A stretch of DNA of 64,000 nucleotides, taken from contig JAWLHY010000001.1 of assembly GCA_041690135.1 (NCBI GenBank), positions 1,472,001-1,536,000 on the forward strand, read 5' to 3'. The stretch comes from Armatimonadota bacterium. GTDB taxonomy: Bacteria > Armatimonadota > SYMT01. The translations under genes were made by a program, and so were the position numbers. The notes beneath the pieces were generated by a model. The model ran no database searches. It was not told the DNA's origin and saw only the letters and a program-made list of their open reading frames with translations. Positions 21,314 to 31,359 of the stretch are shown piece after piece (position 1 is the stretch's first letter; every line of letters starts with the position of its first letter).

Positions 21314-21340
21314 GGAACACAGGCAGGCACCCTGGCGTCA
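21314..21340 (+). promoter_or_regulatory. Putative ECF-sigma promoter
   Basis: GGAAC-N17-CGTCA about 80 bp upstream of the propeller gene ATG (21421). Confidence 0.5.
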
Positions 21341-21420
21341 CACAGTATGGAAGATAGATCTCTTTAGAGCCGCGCCGCTATCCGGCGGATGACTCCGTGA
21401 CCGCCAGGATGGAGTTGCTG

Positions 21421-24273
21421 ATGCCTTCCCGTCGTTTGGCCTCCTATGTCTGGTTGGCTGTGTTAGCGTGGGGATGCGCCTCCACGGCCGCACATGGTGA
21501 CGACTGGTTGCAGTTCCGGAAGAATCCTGGTCGGACGGGCGCCTCCCAGGACGTTACCGAGTTCCCCCTCACCGACGTCTGGATCTGGAACACTCGCGGG
21601 GTCAAGGATAGCACACCCACCTACGAGGCCGTCGTGCAGGGCGAGCGGATCTGGTTCCTCGCACGCGAGGGAAAGTATCGTAATCTGGTTTGCGCCAACT
21701 CGAAGACCGGTACTCCCCTCTGGCGGTTTCAACTTGAGGCTCCCGAACTCCTGGTTCGGGGCGTCCCCGCTGTCAGTGGAAACGGGATCGTCTACGTTTA
21801 CGACGCGGTACCGGGCCTACTACCGGATACGAGTTACAACCGCTTGGAGCGATCCGGCGGAAATCTGCACCTGATCACGCGCGACCTCTCGAAGATCGGC
21901 GGGTTTGTGATCCGCGCGATTCAGGCCCAGACGGGGCGCCAGTTGGATGTATTGCCGCTGGAGTCCCTCCAGATGATGGGAGACGTGCCCCAGGTCGTGC
22001 TTCTGGATGGTCTGAACAATTTGAAGCACGCGCTCCTCCGTCCCTCTAACCGGCCCACCCTCGATGTCGGGTCGTTGGGTCCTCCCCTCTTGATGCGCGA
22101 TGAGCTGATCGCCTGCACGCAGATGGATCTCTTCCTCCGCTGGGCTCCACGGCGTCTCCTCACTGCCACCAGCATCAAACACCATTTCAATGAGTTCCCC
22201 AACGAGTTTTGGGGCTTCCCGCCCGTAGCGACCACCGGCGGTATCCTGGTTGCCGATGACCAGACGCCGACCCGTTTTGCGCTGGCAATTGGAGGCGACA
22301 ACTTCCACAGCTGGCATCTCGACCTGCAATACCCCATGGGCGTTCCCGCCGCAGAATCCGATCTGGTTTGCTTCGGCCTGGGTGGGCTGAGCGCCAGGGA
22401 CGGCGTAATGTGCCTGAACGCCGCGTCCGGCGAAGTCCAGTGGGTCTATGCCCCGACTGGGCTCGATGGTCCCGGTGCCCGACCCGGGCGCCAGAAAGTG
22501 TCTAAGTATTTTTCCGTTCCTCTTCCACGGCAACGAGGTGCACGAACTCGCAGGCGACCCCCTCCACCGCGAGGTGGCGGCTCGGAACCCGGCACGCGAC
22601 CCTTTGATGAGAACAGTTTCACCATAATCCGGAAGGCTGGCTGGCACTACGCAAACCGCTCTGACCCCTCCCTGCCGCCGGGCCACGAAAGCAACGGCGG
22701 TATCGTGATCACCGAGAAGGGCGTGTATGCGCAGGCCTGCGGTGCGATTGTAGCACTCGATCGGAGTAAGGGCTTGCTCTTGTGGCGACAACCCATCCCG
22801 CCAGCGGCGTTCGTCCAGTCGCTGGTTGCCAGCAGCAAGCACCTGATCGCGTGCTACACGATACCCACCGGCGGTATCCGCGGTCGCGCCGCACCTCGCG
22901 GCCGCGAGGATCAGCGTGAGGGCCGAACCCGTACGTGGGAGCACATTCCTACATGGGACTCCGCCGTCCGCAAGACGGCGGGCCGCCACTTCGTGGTGGC
23001 TTATCGCCTGGACAACGGACAGCAGGTCTGGAAGGATGAACTCCTGCAGCCGGGTACCTTCTCGCTTGCAGAGGGGTTGGTCTATTTCGCCAATGGGGAC
23101 CTCACCGCCTACGGTCCGGCGGAGCGGACGTACCTCGTGGCGGCGGATAGCGACGATCCCAAGCACTATGTTCGCCCTGCCCAACCCCGCGACCGGGATG
23201 CGGAAGCCAGGCAGGCGACTGCAATGGAAGCGGTCGCTATGGAAGCGGAGAAGAGCCCAACTCCCGCTGGCGGCGAGCCCGCACCCGGAGCAGGAGAAGA
23301 AGCAGCAAGACAGCCATCGGTGGCGCTCCCCGAAGTGCGTGCCGACAGTTCCCTGCTTCGCCTCACCTACGGAGCGCCCGGGGATACCCTGGTCCAACAA
23401 GTGCGGGACCGGGTGAAGCTTCTAAAAGACAAGGGTGTGTCTCTCTCTCTCGAACTGGATTGGCTCGACGAGAAGCGCACCCGCGTTATGGGCGCCGCGG
23501 GTATACACTGGACCGATGCCGCCGCTTCCGATTTCGTGGCGCTCTGCCAGCGCCTGGCCGAAGAGGCCGGTCCCCTCTTCTTCGATATCGCGCCGGAAGT
23601 GAACGTGTATCTACGGCGATATCCGGAACAACTAAGGACCGTGCTCGGCGTTCTTCAAGATGCCCGGTTGGCTATCCGCCAGGCGGCCCCGCGCTGTAGG
23701 GTGATCGTGTCTCTGAATGTCGAAGTCCTTATGGATGCCTACGGCAAAGGACTGGTCTGGCCGTTTGGCGAGCTTCCGAAAGCCGCTCCGCAACCTCGGG
23801 AGGCGGTGAAGGCTATGCTGCTTGAGTTTGCCCAGGTGGTGGAACTGGTGGATGCCGTGGGGCTCACCCTGCGACCCCAGGCTGGCTTCCGAAACACAGG
23901 CGTGCTTCCCCCCGATTATCTCTTGCGTCTGCGCACCTACATCCCGCGCAAGCCGCTGCTGGTGACGCGGATCATCGTGGAGGCGGATGCACCCGGTCGC
24001 ATCGCCCGCGCCGAACAGGCCGACTATGCCCGTCGCATGCTGCAATGCTGTTATTGGCTCAATGCCCAACTGGTGGTGCAACCGAAGCTGATCGGTTACC
24101 CCGAAACTGCGGTGGGCGAGAACGGTGGACGCACCGATCCCATCCGGCTGATAGCGGAGAAGTGGCAGCGGGTGGTCTCCTGGGAACTGGTCACCAAGCT
24201 CACTGCAAAGCCGCCCCTGGCAAGCGGTTTAACAGCAGCCACTTCGGAAGGGGTGGAACCATCAGTTCCCTAA
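21421..24273 (+). CDS. Secreted PQQ-like beta-propeller protein with C-terminal glycoside-hydrolase-like domain
   Basis: Signal peptide ..AHG-DDWLQFRKNPGRTG; repeated A.D..TG...W blades; C-terminal alpha/beta region with APEVN. Confidence 0.7.
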   Translation: MPSRRLASYVWLAVLAWGCASTAAHGDDWLQFRKNPGRTGASQDVTEFPLTDVWIWNTRGVKDSTPTYEAVVQGERIWFLAREGKYRNLVCANSKTGTPLWRFQLEAPELLVRGVPAVSGNGIVYVYDAVPGLLPDTSYNRLERSGGNLHLITRDLSKIGGFVIRAIQAQTGRQLDVLPLESLQMMGDVPQVVLLDGLNNLKHALLRPSNRPTLDVGSLGPPLLMRDELIACTQMDLFLRWAPRRLLTATSIKHHFNEFPNEFWGFPPVATTGGILVADDQTPTRFALAIGGDNFHSWHLDLQYPMGVPAAESDLVCFGLGGLSARDGVMCLNAASGEVQWVYAPTGLDGPGARPGRQKVSKYFSVPLPRQRGARTRRRPPPPRGGGSEPGTRPFDENSFTIIRKAGWHYANRSDPSLPPGHESNGGIVITEKGVYAQACGAIVALDRSKGLLLWRQPIPPAAFVQSLVASSKHLIACYTIPTGGIRGRAAPRGREDQREGRTRTWEHIPTWDSAVRKTAGRHFVVAYRLDNGQQVWKDELLQPGTFSLAEGLVYFANGDLTAYGPAERTYLVAADSDDPKHYVRPAQPRDRDAEARQATAMEAVAMEAEKSPTPAGGEPAPGAGEEAARQPSVALPEVRADSSLLRLTYGAPGDTLVQQVRDRVKLLKDKGVSLSLELDWLDEKRTRVMGAAGIHWTDAAASDFVALCQRLAEEAGPLFFDIAPEVNVYLRRYPEQLRTVLGVLQDARLAIRQAAPRCRVIVSLNVEVLMDAYGKGLVWPFGELPKAAPQPREAVKAMLLEFAQVVELVDAVGLTLRPQAGFRNTGVLPPDYLLRLRTYIPRKPLLVTRIIVEADAPGRIARAEQADYARRMLQCCYWLNAQLVVQPKLIGYPETAVGENGGRTDPIRLIAEKWQRVVSWELVTKLTAKPPLASGLTAATSEGVEPSVP

Positions 24274-24301
24274 CGGGAAACGCGGAGTAAGACGGCCTTG
24301 C

Positions 24302-25456
24302 TCAGGAACTGGAGAATAGGGTGAGCAGGGCCTCCGCCAGGGCAACGCCGAATTCCCGATGATCGGCCTCGGTGAGATAGCGGCCACTTTGGGACAGGTG
24401 ATAGCTCATTTCCACCGTATACGCCGGGCAGCCGAAAGCCCGGGCGAGAAACCCACGCGCCGAATTCGGTGGGGCCGGTGAGATCCGCAGGTCCGTTTCG
24501 CGAAAACCGACCTGTGCGGGACCGTATTTCGCAATGAGGGAGAGGAGCCGGCGTTCCAGGTTACGGTTCGGGCTTCCCGGTATGTCGCTATCGTCCACGT
24601 TCCTTCGCTCGCCGAAGAGGTAGCAATCGGTATCCCCGTGATGGGAGGCGTGGATGTCGAGCACCAGTTGAATGGGATGCTGGACGTGAATCTCCCGCAT
24701 CGCCTGCAGTATCGCACCCGTCTCGGGGAGGGTAGGCTGGGCTCGCCAGTCCCGGTTGAAGTCGACGGGCAGTTGGTCCTTACCATACCGTCCGTGAAAA
24801 ACGCCGTCCAGGTCGATTAACGGCACCACCTGGAAGAGCACTTGCTGGGCCGCGTCGCCTGAGGCCTCGGCGAGCCTCCGGAGCACACCTTCCATTGCGT
24901 GGGACGCCGGGCTCTCGCCGGCATGCTGGCGGGCTAGAATCCAGACCGAAGCCCGAGCCCGGCGAAGATCGCCAATGGTGAGAAGCGAAAGGGGACGGCC
25001 TTCACCACTGGCAGCCAGTAACGTGTGCCTCACTCCCGGCCGGGACGTGACTTGCCGCAGCAGTGATTGCAGGTCAGCGGTGGTGTAGGGATGGGCGTAG
25101 GCTACAAAGGTCGTAGGGCCTGCCACGGGCACGGTGAAACCAAAGACGCCGGGGGTGTTAGCACCTGGGGTGTAGTACACCTTCTCCAGTCTCCGCCAAC
25201 GGTACCCGTCCGGGCTGAAAACCGGGCGGGCTAACGACCAGGCGCTGCGCGGGCCGAAGCAGTTGTCCGCATTCAGCAACTCGCAGCGCACCGACGGCAC
25301 GCGCGCGCCTGCGATGCAAAAATAGAACCACAGGGGCCGGGGGCTGGTGTCCGCGCGGGCGGTGAAGCGGATGTGGGCGGGGCTCACGATCTCGATGGAA
25401 CCGAGATTGCCCCCTTCGAACTCTGCGTGCACGCGCATCGCAGTGGTATTGCCCAT
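24302..25456 (-). CDS. M14 zinc carboxypeptidase (cytosolic carboxypeptidase-like)
   Basis: FEGGN and WFYF N-domain motifs, ARQHAGE, DGVFHGRY, NRDW, LDIH, YTVE; no signal peptide. Confidence 0.85.
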   Translation of the reverse strand: MGNTTAMRVHAEFEGGNLGSIEIVSPAHIRFTARADTSPRPLWFYFCIAGARVPSVRCELLNADNCFGPRSAWSLARPVFSPDGYRWRRLEKVYYTPGANTPGVFGFTVPVAGPTTFVAYAHPYTTADLQSLLRQVTSRPGVRHTLLAASGEGRPLSLLTIGDLRRARASVWILARQHAGESPASHAMEGVLRRLAEASGDAAQQVLFQVVPLIDLDGVFHGRYGKDQLPVDFNRDWRAQPTLPETGAILQAMREIHVQHPIQLVLDIHASHHGDTDCYLFGERRNVDDSDIPGSPNRNLERRLLSLIAKYGPAQVGFRETDLRISPAPPNSARGFLARAFGCPAYTVEMSYHLSQSGRYLTEADHREFGVALAEALLTLFSSS

Positions 25457-25489
25457 ACGCCTCCGCTTCCAATCTCCAGGGTTGCCCGG

Positions 25490-26560
25490 TCAGAGCGTGT
25501 AAGTCGTCCAATCACCTCGGCACGGATTTCCCCGGGCCACGTGGAAACGTCCCGCCTGTGGCTCGGCGATCAACCCGGCAACGGTCGCCATCCGCCGGAC
25601 GTCCGTCTCCTCATGCCGGCAGATGCCACAGGGATGACCTTCGTGATCGGCGAGGATCTCTCTTACTGCTTCTACAGTGAGCTCTCCGACCCGTTCCTGC
25701 AGCAATCGCGTCATTTGCTCCTGGCGAATGAACGAGTCCGGGAGCGATGCGGCATCCGTCTCCGCAGTGCGGAAGCGGGAGGAGAGGAAGTGGTTGGCGT
25801 GGGCCAGCACTCCGTCCACCGGTTCGAGCACGGTAAAGCCCGCGGGTGTCGCCTCCAGGTCGAAAATCGCCGGTTCACCGGTCGCCACCATGTAGTTCCC
25901 ACTGGAGACTACCGGCAGGGCGGCCCACACGGCTTCGAACTCCTGGCGAGTGCGGGATTCATACAGCCGCCGCTTGATCGGATAGTGCGGGAGACCATAG
26001 GGCGGGAAGTTGATGCCCCTAGCGGGGCGCGCCGCCGGAGCCGGCCCACCCCACACGGAATTCGCGAAGTGAGCCACCCCATACTCGTTCAGGCCATGGT
26101 ACCCAAGCTGTCCGGCGAAGGTCCACATCAGGGTCCGCGGCCCGCTATCCGGGTGCAAATGCAGCACCACGAAGAAAGGTTCCAACTCCGGCTCCATGTC
26201 GGAGGTCTGGCCGATCAGGAGTGCACCGGTCGCCGACGCGGTGGGGGCAATTGCGAAGGTCGTACAGGCCCTTTCCGCGAGCAGGGGGGAAGCTTCTCCG
26301 CGTATCTGTAGGAGCAACGCCTCTTCGAACGGGATTTCCGCTCCATCGGCGACTCCGCAAATCTCCTCCACCAGTAACGGACAGTACCGCTCGAACAGAG
26401 GTCGGAAACGGCCGGCTGCGGTGAGAACCTCTACTCGCGACCGCCCGGAACAGTTTACCAGGTGCTGAACGAAACCATGGATCTGGGTGGCGGCCTGACG
26501 ACCATGCTCCCGGCCCATCCGGTAGGGAGTGCCGGAGACCTCGATGTAAGGGAAAGGCAT
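25490..26560 (-). CDS. C45-family Ntn-hydrolase (acyl-CoA:6-APA acyltransferase-like)
   Basis: GTPYRMGREHG, autoprocessing A-CTT, GQTSD, GLNEYG, HANHF, RGNPC. Confidence 0.85.
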   Translation of the reverse strand: MPFPYIEVSGTPYRMGREHGRQAATQIHGFVQHLVNCSGRSRVEVLTAAGRFRPLFERYCPLLVEEICGVADGAEIPFEEALLLQIRGEASPLLAERACTTFAIAPTASATGALLIGQTSDMEPELEPFFVVLHLHPDSGPRTLMWTFAGQLGYHGLNEYGVAHFANSVWGGPAPAARPARGINFPPYGLPHYPIKRRLYESRTRQEFEAVWAALPVVSSGNYMVATGEPAIFDLEATPAGFTVLEPVDGVLAHANHFLSSRFRTAETDAASLPDSFIRQEQMTRLLQERVGELTVEAVREILADHEGHPCGICRHEETDVRRMATVAGLIAEPQAGRFHVARGNPCRGDWTTYTL

Positions 26561-26563
26561 GGC

Positions 26564-27238
26564 TCAACTCTCCGAGGTCGCGGCGCTCCCGAGCAGGCGA
26601 AGCTCTTCCGAAATGATTCGCTCTACCAGCGCGCGCGCTTCCGCCGCCCCTCCTTCCCGGAGGAGCAGCAGCACCTCACTGTAGACGATGCGCTCGAAGA
26701 TGCGCTGACGGTCCGGCTGGCTCAAGCCTTCCAGCGCGCGGACCCGAGGCCGTAGCTCCGCGAGCAGGTTCGCGAACTCTTCATACTCCGGTCCCAGCCA
26801 TGCCTGGAGCTCTCGTCGTACGCGCCGGGAAAGGGCGGGCGAGGTGCCGTGGGTGAAGATAGATACCGTGAGCGGACCGCGTTCGATGCGAGAGGCGAAG
26901 ATGTAGTTGCAGTTCGGCGGGTCGTCGCAGACGTTTACCAGTTGTCCGGCGGCGTCCGCTTCCAGGAACGCCGCCCGGTTCGCGATGGGATCATCCGTGG
27001 CCACGGCGACCAGAAAATATCCCTGGGTGTCTCCGGGCGCGAAGCATCGTTCCAACCAGCGGACCTGCCCGCTCTCAACCTGGGCCTGGATGGAGTCGCT
27101 GACTACGGGGCTGATCACCGTCACGTCCGCGCCGCTGGCGGAGAAGTCCTCGACCTTCTGAGTCCCCACCCCTCCCCCGCCGATCACCAGGACGCGCCGC
27201 CCTTCGAGGTTCAGGCAGATCGGGAGGTACTTCGGCAT
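26564..27238 (-). CDS. Precorrin-2 dehydrogenase / sirohydrochlorin ferrochelatase (SirC / CysG N-terminal module)
   Basis: YLPICLNLEGRRVLVIGGGGVG, ATDD, VNVCDDP..C, T.GTSPALSRRVR. Confidence 0.9.
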   Translation of the reverse strand: MPKYLPICLNLEGRRVLVIGGGGVGTQKVEDFSASGADVTVISPVVSDSIQAQVESGQVRWLERCFAPGDTQGYFLVAVATDDPIANRAAFLEADAAGQLVNVCDDPPNCNYIFASRIERGPLTVSIFTHGTSPALSRRVRRELQAWLGPEYEEFANLLAELRPRVRALEGLSQPDRQRIFERIVYSEVLLLLREGGAAEARALVERIISEELRLLGSAATSES

Positions 27239-27312
27239 GGCATCTTCCAACAAGTGCCTCTCGGACGGCGCGGTCGGCACCGTCCGAGAGGCAAACTGTG
27301 AGGCGGCGGCGA

Positions 27313-28092
27313 TCAGGTGGACGGGGCGAGGACGCTAGAGTCCCCTTTTTTTGCCCGTATCCGCTCGATGAAGCCGACGAGGCCGATACTGGCCAGGTAG
27401 AGCACGGCCAGAGGGGCGGCCATGATGCACATCGTCATCGGGTCGCCGCCGGGGGTTGCGATCGCGGCCACGCCAAAGCAGCCTACCACCGCGAGGCGCC
27501 AGTGCTGCTTCAACTGGTCGCTGGTAACCAACTCCACCCAGGCCAGGAACATCAGGATCACCGGCAACTGGAAACAAACCCCGAACGCGACCACCATTTT
27601 GACCATGAAGGTCAGGTACATCACCGGGTCCTGGAGCAGATCGACTTCCTTGGGAATGTACTGGGCGAAGTAGCCGACCGTAACGCTCATCAGCATATAG
27701 CCGCAGATGACACCCATGAAGAAGAAGAAGATGGATACCGGGAAGACGATGTAGCAGGCTTTGCGCTCATTTCGGGTGAGCCCCGGCGCCACGAAGCCCC
27801 ACACCTCCAAAGTGACCAGGGGCAGCGCCAGCACGAGGCCCGCAATCAGGGAGACCTGCAATCTCACCATGAAGCCCTGGGTAAACGTGCGGTAAACAAA
27901 CTTCCAGCCACGCTCCTCCATCATGGGCAGGATCGGCGCGAAGAAGAGCTTCTCCAACAGCGGCTCTACCTGCCAGGCGACCACCAAGCCCAGCATCACA
28001 TACAGGGCGGCGCGGATCAGCCGGCTCCGGAGCTCCTGCAGGTGCTCCCAGAGCTCCATCTCTTTAAAATCTTCTCTCTCGTCAGTTGACAT
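27313..28092 (-). CDS. tatC: Twin-arginine translocase subunit TatC
   Basis: MELWEHLQELRSRL, WGFVAPGLT.NE, FGVCFQLP, AIATPGGDP. Confidence 0.96.
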   Translation of the reverse strand: MSTDEREDFKEMELWEHLQELRSRLIRAALYVMLGLVVAWQVEPLLEKLFFAPILPMMEERGWKFVYRTFTQGFMVRLQVSLIAGLVLALPLVTLEVWGFVAPGLTRNERKACYIVFPVSIFFFFMGVICGYMLMSVTVGYFAQYIPKEVDLLQDPVMYLTFMVKMVVAFGVCFQLPVILMFLAWVELVTSDQLKQHWRLAVVGCFGVAAIATPGGDPMTMCIMAAPLAVLYLASIGLVGFIERIRAKKGDSSVLAPST

Positions 28093-28384
28093 AAGGAGCG
28101 TTCCCAATCACGTGCGTTGACTTTCCAGAGATAGTAAGCGATACCGACCCCATCAATCGTTCCCCGATTTGTCGGCCCCGTCTGGAGCCAACGCGGTTAC
28201 TGACCTGGACAGCGGAATGCCGCACTGCCGAACCTGGTGAGCAAGCCCCCTGTGGGAGGCATGCGATGCCGAGGACTGCAAAGGCTGGCCGGGGCGCCTG
28301 ACACACAAAAAGGCGGCGGCGGAGACGCGAAAAACACGGCTCCGGCCGCCACCCGCTGCTTACAGCGGATTGCCTTCTTGAGTT

Positions 28385-30307
28385 CTACTTGGTCTCGTCG
28401 GCGATGATCGTGTTGACCTTCAGGGTCACATGATACCGCTTCAACTTCGGACCGGGGAGACCGGTGCCGCCGCCCGGAGCCGCGCCCGGGTAGGCGCCCT
28501 CAGCACCAGGATAACCTCCGGGTGCCGCGCCGGGATAACCTCCGCTGGAGCCGGGATAAGCGCCTCCGGGTGCCCCCGGATAAGCGCCGGTCGGTGCTCC
28601 GTAGCTGCTTCCAGGGGAACTGCCCGGGTAAGCACCCGCCATCGGTCCTCCGAACGGCGCGCCATAGGCCGCTCCCGGACCACCGGGCATGGCTCCCGGA
28701 TATCCGCCAGGAGCAGCGCCGGGATAAGGGCTCTCGGAACCGGGGTAGGCTCCTTCACCTGGAATGCCCTCGCCGCCCGGATAGCCACCCACGCCTCCGC
28801 CCGCGGCGAACTGGTTGGTGTCCACCATCAAGTTGCCGGTAATTTCGTGCTTGGCACGGATGACCCGGTTCGTAGCTTCGGAGAACCAGATGGTCGTGTT
28901 GCCCTGGATCACCTGGAAGTCGGCGCCCTTGATATTGACGCTGTTGATGTCGACCTTCCCGGTTCCTGCTACGTAGGTCAGGCGGATCTTGGCGCACTGC
29001 TCGCCGTTTTGCCACTCCATTCCCTCGATGGTGGCCTGGAGCCGGTCGATGTTGAGCGAGGCCGGAATATAAGCTCCCAGATGCACGCGGAGGTTCGTGG
29101 TGAACGGCTCGTTCATGCGATGGGCGCGACCCGGCAGATCGAGCGGGTTCACGATCGGTTCCCGCGCTTCCCGCTCCATCAGCTTGCTCTTCAGGACGTT
29201 GCCCGTGCGCTCCATCGAGTAGTATCGGGAGCTGGCGTCCACGCGCACCACGTGCTTCACATTGTCGAGGTTGACCACGATCGGTCCCTCGCGCCGCTCA
29301 CGGTAGAAGCCGGTGCCGGACGAGGGAACCAGGTCTTCCAGCGAGACCAGGTATTTGGTCAATTCCTTGTGCTTGATCTTATCGGGACCACCCGTGGACT
29401 GCTGCTGGATACCCGCGCGAGCCCCACGCACGGTGCGACCGAAGCCGGGTGCCGAGCTATTGGCTTCCAACTCGACGTTGTGCTCGTAAATCCAGGATCT
29501 CCCGAGGCGCGAGGGGTCGCCGCCGTAGATCAACCGGATCGGCTTGTTGGTCACCGCATCGATCGTGTTCCGGAGGTTCACCTGCGCCTTGACCCGCTCG
29601 ATTTCGGAGCCGTTGGCGTCGTAGCTGCGGATCTCCACCACGTGCGGGCCATCCGCCAGGAAACGCTCCGCGGCCAGCGCGCTACTGTCATCCGTAAGCG
29701 CTGCCTTGGTATTCCAGACATATTCCAGTGGTGAGTCGGCAGCCTTACCCTGCTCTTCGAGATCGGCTTCCGAAGGCGGGGCGAGCGCGACCCGGAACTT
29801 GTCGTCGATGTAGACCGCTACGAAACCCCCGGGAGGGATCCCTTCCCGCGGGACGACGAGCTTCACCTTCTCCTTCACGTCGGAGCCATCCTTGGGTTCC
29901 GCGAGTTCCAGAGGTTTCACCGCCATGCCGGCAGCACCGTCGTCGCCCTGGGCGCCCTGTTGAATCCACGCGCCAATGACCGCGCGTTCGGTGCGGGTGA
30001 GCGGTGTGCCGCCGACCGGCATCTGCGGCTTGCGACGCCCGTCCAGATACTGCATCAGGGAGCTTTGGTCCGGGTTGCCCCGGATGATGATCTCCCCCTT
30101 GGCGCCGCCTTGCAGCACGTTGTCGAGCGTATCCAGCTTGAGGCCGCCGCGGTCACCAACGCCGTGGCAGTTCTGGCAGCGCTTCTGGAAGATCGGGAGC
30201 ACGTCTTTGGTGAAGCTGATTCTGCCCCCCTGCTGCGCGGAGGCGGGACCAGCCGTCAGGGCCATTCCGGTCCCCACCAGTGCCGTGTGCAAGAGCCAGC
30301 GAGTCAT
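28385..30307 (-). CDS. Secreted c-type cytochrome (planctomycete-type monoheme domain) with YPG low-complexity repeats
   Basis: Signal peptide ..ASA-Q; ISFTKDVLPIFQKRCQNCHG...GGLKLDT...QMP...IGAWIQQGA; AGGAGG RBS. Confidence 0.8.
   Translation of the reverse strand: MTRWLLHTALVGTGMALTAGPASAQQGGRISFTKDVLPIFQKRCQNCHGVGDRGGLKLDTLDNVLQGGAKGEIIIRGNPDQSSLMQYLDGRRKPQMPVGGTPLTRTERAVIGAWIQQGAQGDDGAAGMAVKPLELAEPKDGSDVKEKVKLVVPREGIPPGGFVAVYIDDKFRVALAPPSEADLEEQGKAADSPLEYVWNTKAALTDDSSALAAERFLADGPHVVEIRSYDANGSEIERVKAQVNLRNTIDAVTNKPIRLIYGGDPSRLGRSWIYEHNVELEANSSAPGFGRTVRGARAGIQQQSTGGPDKIKHKELTKYLVSLEDLVPSSGTGFYRERREGPIVVNLDNVKHVVRVDASSRYYSMERTGNVLKSKLMEREAREPIVNPLDLPGRAHRMNEPFTTNLRVHLGAYIPASLNIDRLQATIEGMEWQNGEQCAKIRLTYVAGTGKVDINSVNIKGADFQVIQGNTTIWFSEATNRVIRAKHEITGNLMVDTNQFAAGGGVGGYPGGEGIPGEGAYPGSESPYPGAAPGGYPGAMPGGPGAAYGAPFGGPMAGAYPGSSPGSSYGAPTGAYPGAPGGAYPGSSGGYPGAAPGGYPGAEGAYPGAAPGGGTGLPGPKLKRYHVTLKVNTIIADETK
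28455..28805 (-). repeat. Coding G(A/G)YPG low-complexity repeat
   Basis: About ten YPG units, e.g. GAYPGAPGGAYPGSSGGYPGAAPGGYPGAEGAYPG. Confidence 0.9.
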
Positions 30308-30482
30308 ATTCCCTCCTGGGAAAGGAGTGCAAATTCCGGGCGGCGCCCAGCCGAGCCCGGTCCAAGGGAAGGTCCGGGATTATCTGGAAGGCGAAGCGAT
30401 CGCGCGTGTGGCGGATCGCCGGGGCGACGCACACCGTTTATATACGGCAAAGGACGGCAGGGCTCCTTCCGGAACCCTGCTA

Positions 30483-30677
30483 TTACTTTGACGACGAGTC
30501 CGCGCTCGAAGGTTCCTCCGTTGCAGAGGTCGCCTTCGGGCTCTCTTCGCGAGACGCTTCTTTGAAGTTCTTGATCCCCTCGCCCAGCCCCTTGGCCAAT
30601 TGCGGCAGCTTGGAGCCACCGAAGAGGAGCAGCAGGATAACGAGAAGGATCAGGAGTTCTGTAGGTCCGAGGTTCAT
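30483..30677 (-). CDS. tatA: TatA/E family subunit
   Basis: MNLGPTELLILLVILLLLFGGSKLPQLAKGLGEGIKNFKEA. Confidence 0.95.
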   Translation of the reverse strand: MNLGPTELLILLVILLLLFGGSKLPQLAKGLGEGIKNFKEASREESPKATSATEEPSSADSSSK

Positions 30678-30700
30678 GAAAGCACGCCCCTATCTGCGGG

Positions 30701-30859
30701 TCAGGCCGACTTTTCGGTCGATTCCTCTTCGCGGCTGGCGTGTTTGAACTCCTTCAGGCCCTGCCCGAGGCCCTTGGCGAGTTCCGGTAGTTTGCGGCCG
30801 CCGAACAGTACCAGAATCAATACCAGGATAATGATCAATTCCGTGGGACCGAGTCTCAT
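30701..30859 (-). CDS. tatA: TatA/E family subunit (52 aa, missing from the ORF track)
   Basis: My own translation: [52 protein letters not shown]. Confidence 0.93.
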   Translation of the reverse strand: MRLGPTELIIILVLILVLFGGRKLPELAKGLGQGLKEFKHASREEESTEKSA

Positions 30860-30860
30860 C

Positions 30861-31334
30861 TTACGCTCTCTCTTCTCCTGCGATGCCGGCGCCGACTGCC
30901 TCGGCTTCCACAGGGCCGGGCACCCCGTTGGGGGTGGAAGTGTTTGCGGCCGCTACGGGCGCAGCCTCGAGTTCGGGGCTCTGGGACGTGTAACCGGTAC
31001 GGAAAGAAGGCTGTGAGTCGCCCTCGGCCGCGTAGAAATCACCCCCGTAGGGAAGGGCATCAGCACTTTCGGTGTCGAGGGGCTCCGGGTACTCCAACTG
31101 CTTGGCAGCGGGAACGGAATCCGGAAGGCTGGACGCCGCCGTGGTGCTGGTTGCGGGCTCGTCGCGGTCGATCTCGGTGTTGAGCGAGTCCATAAAGTCG
31201 TTTCGCGCCTTATTGAACTCGCGCAGCGCGCTTCCGATTCCGCGGCCGATTTCCGGCAGTTTCTTCGGGCCAAAGACCACCAGCGCGATGGCCATAATAA
31301 TCATCAGTTCTGCCGGGCCAACGTTAAACGGCAT
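30861..31334 (-). CDS. TatA/TatB family subunit with long acidic tail (probable TatB)
   Basis: [39 protein letters not shown]; FGP hinge. Confidence 0.9.
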   Translation of the reverse strand: MPFNVGPAELMIIMAIALVVFGPKKLPEIGRGIGSALREFNKARNDFMDSLNTEIDRDEPATSTTAASSLPDSVPAAKQLEYPEPLDTESADALPYGGDFYAAEGDSQPSFRTGYTSQSPELEAAPVAAANTSTPNGVPGPVEAEAVGAGIAGEERA

Positions 31335-31359
31335 ACTCCACTCCCAAATTCTTTCAGCG

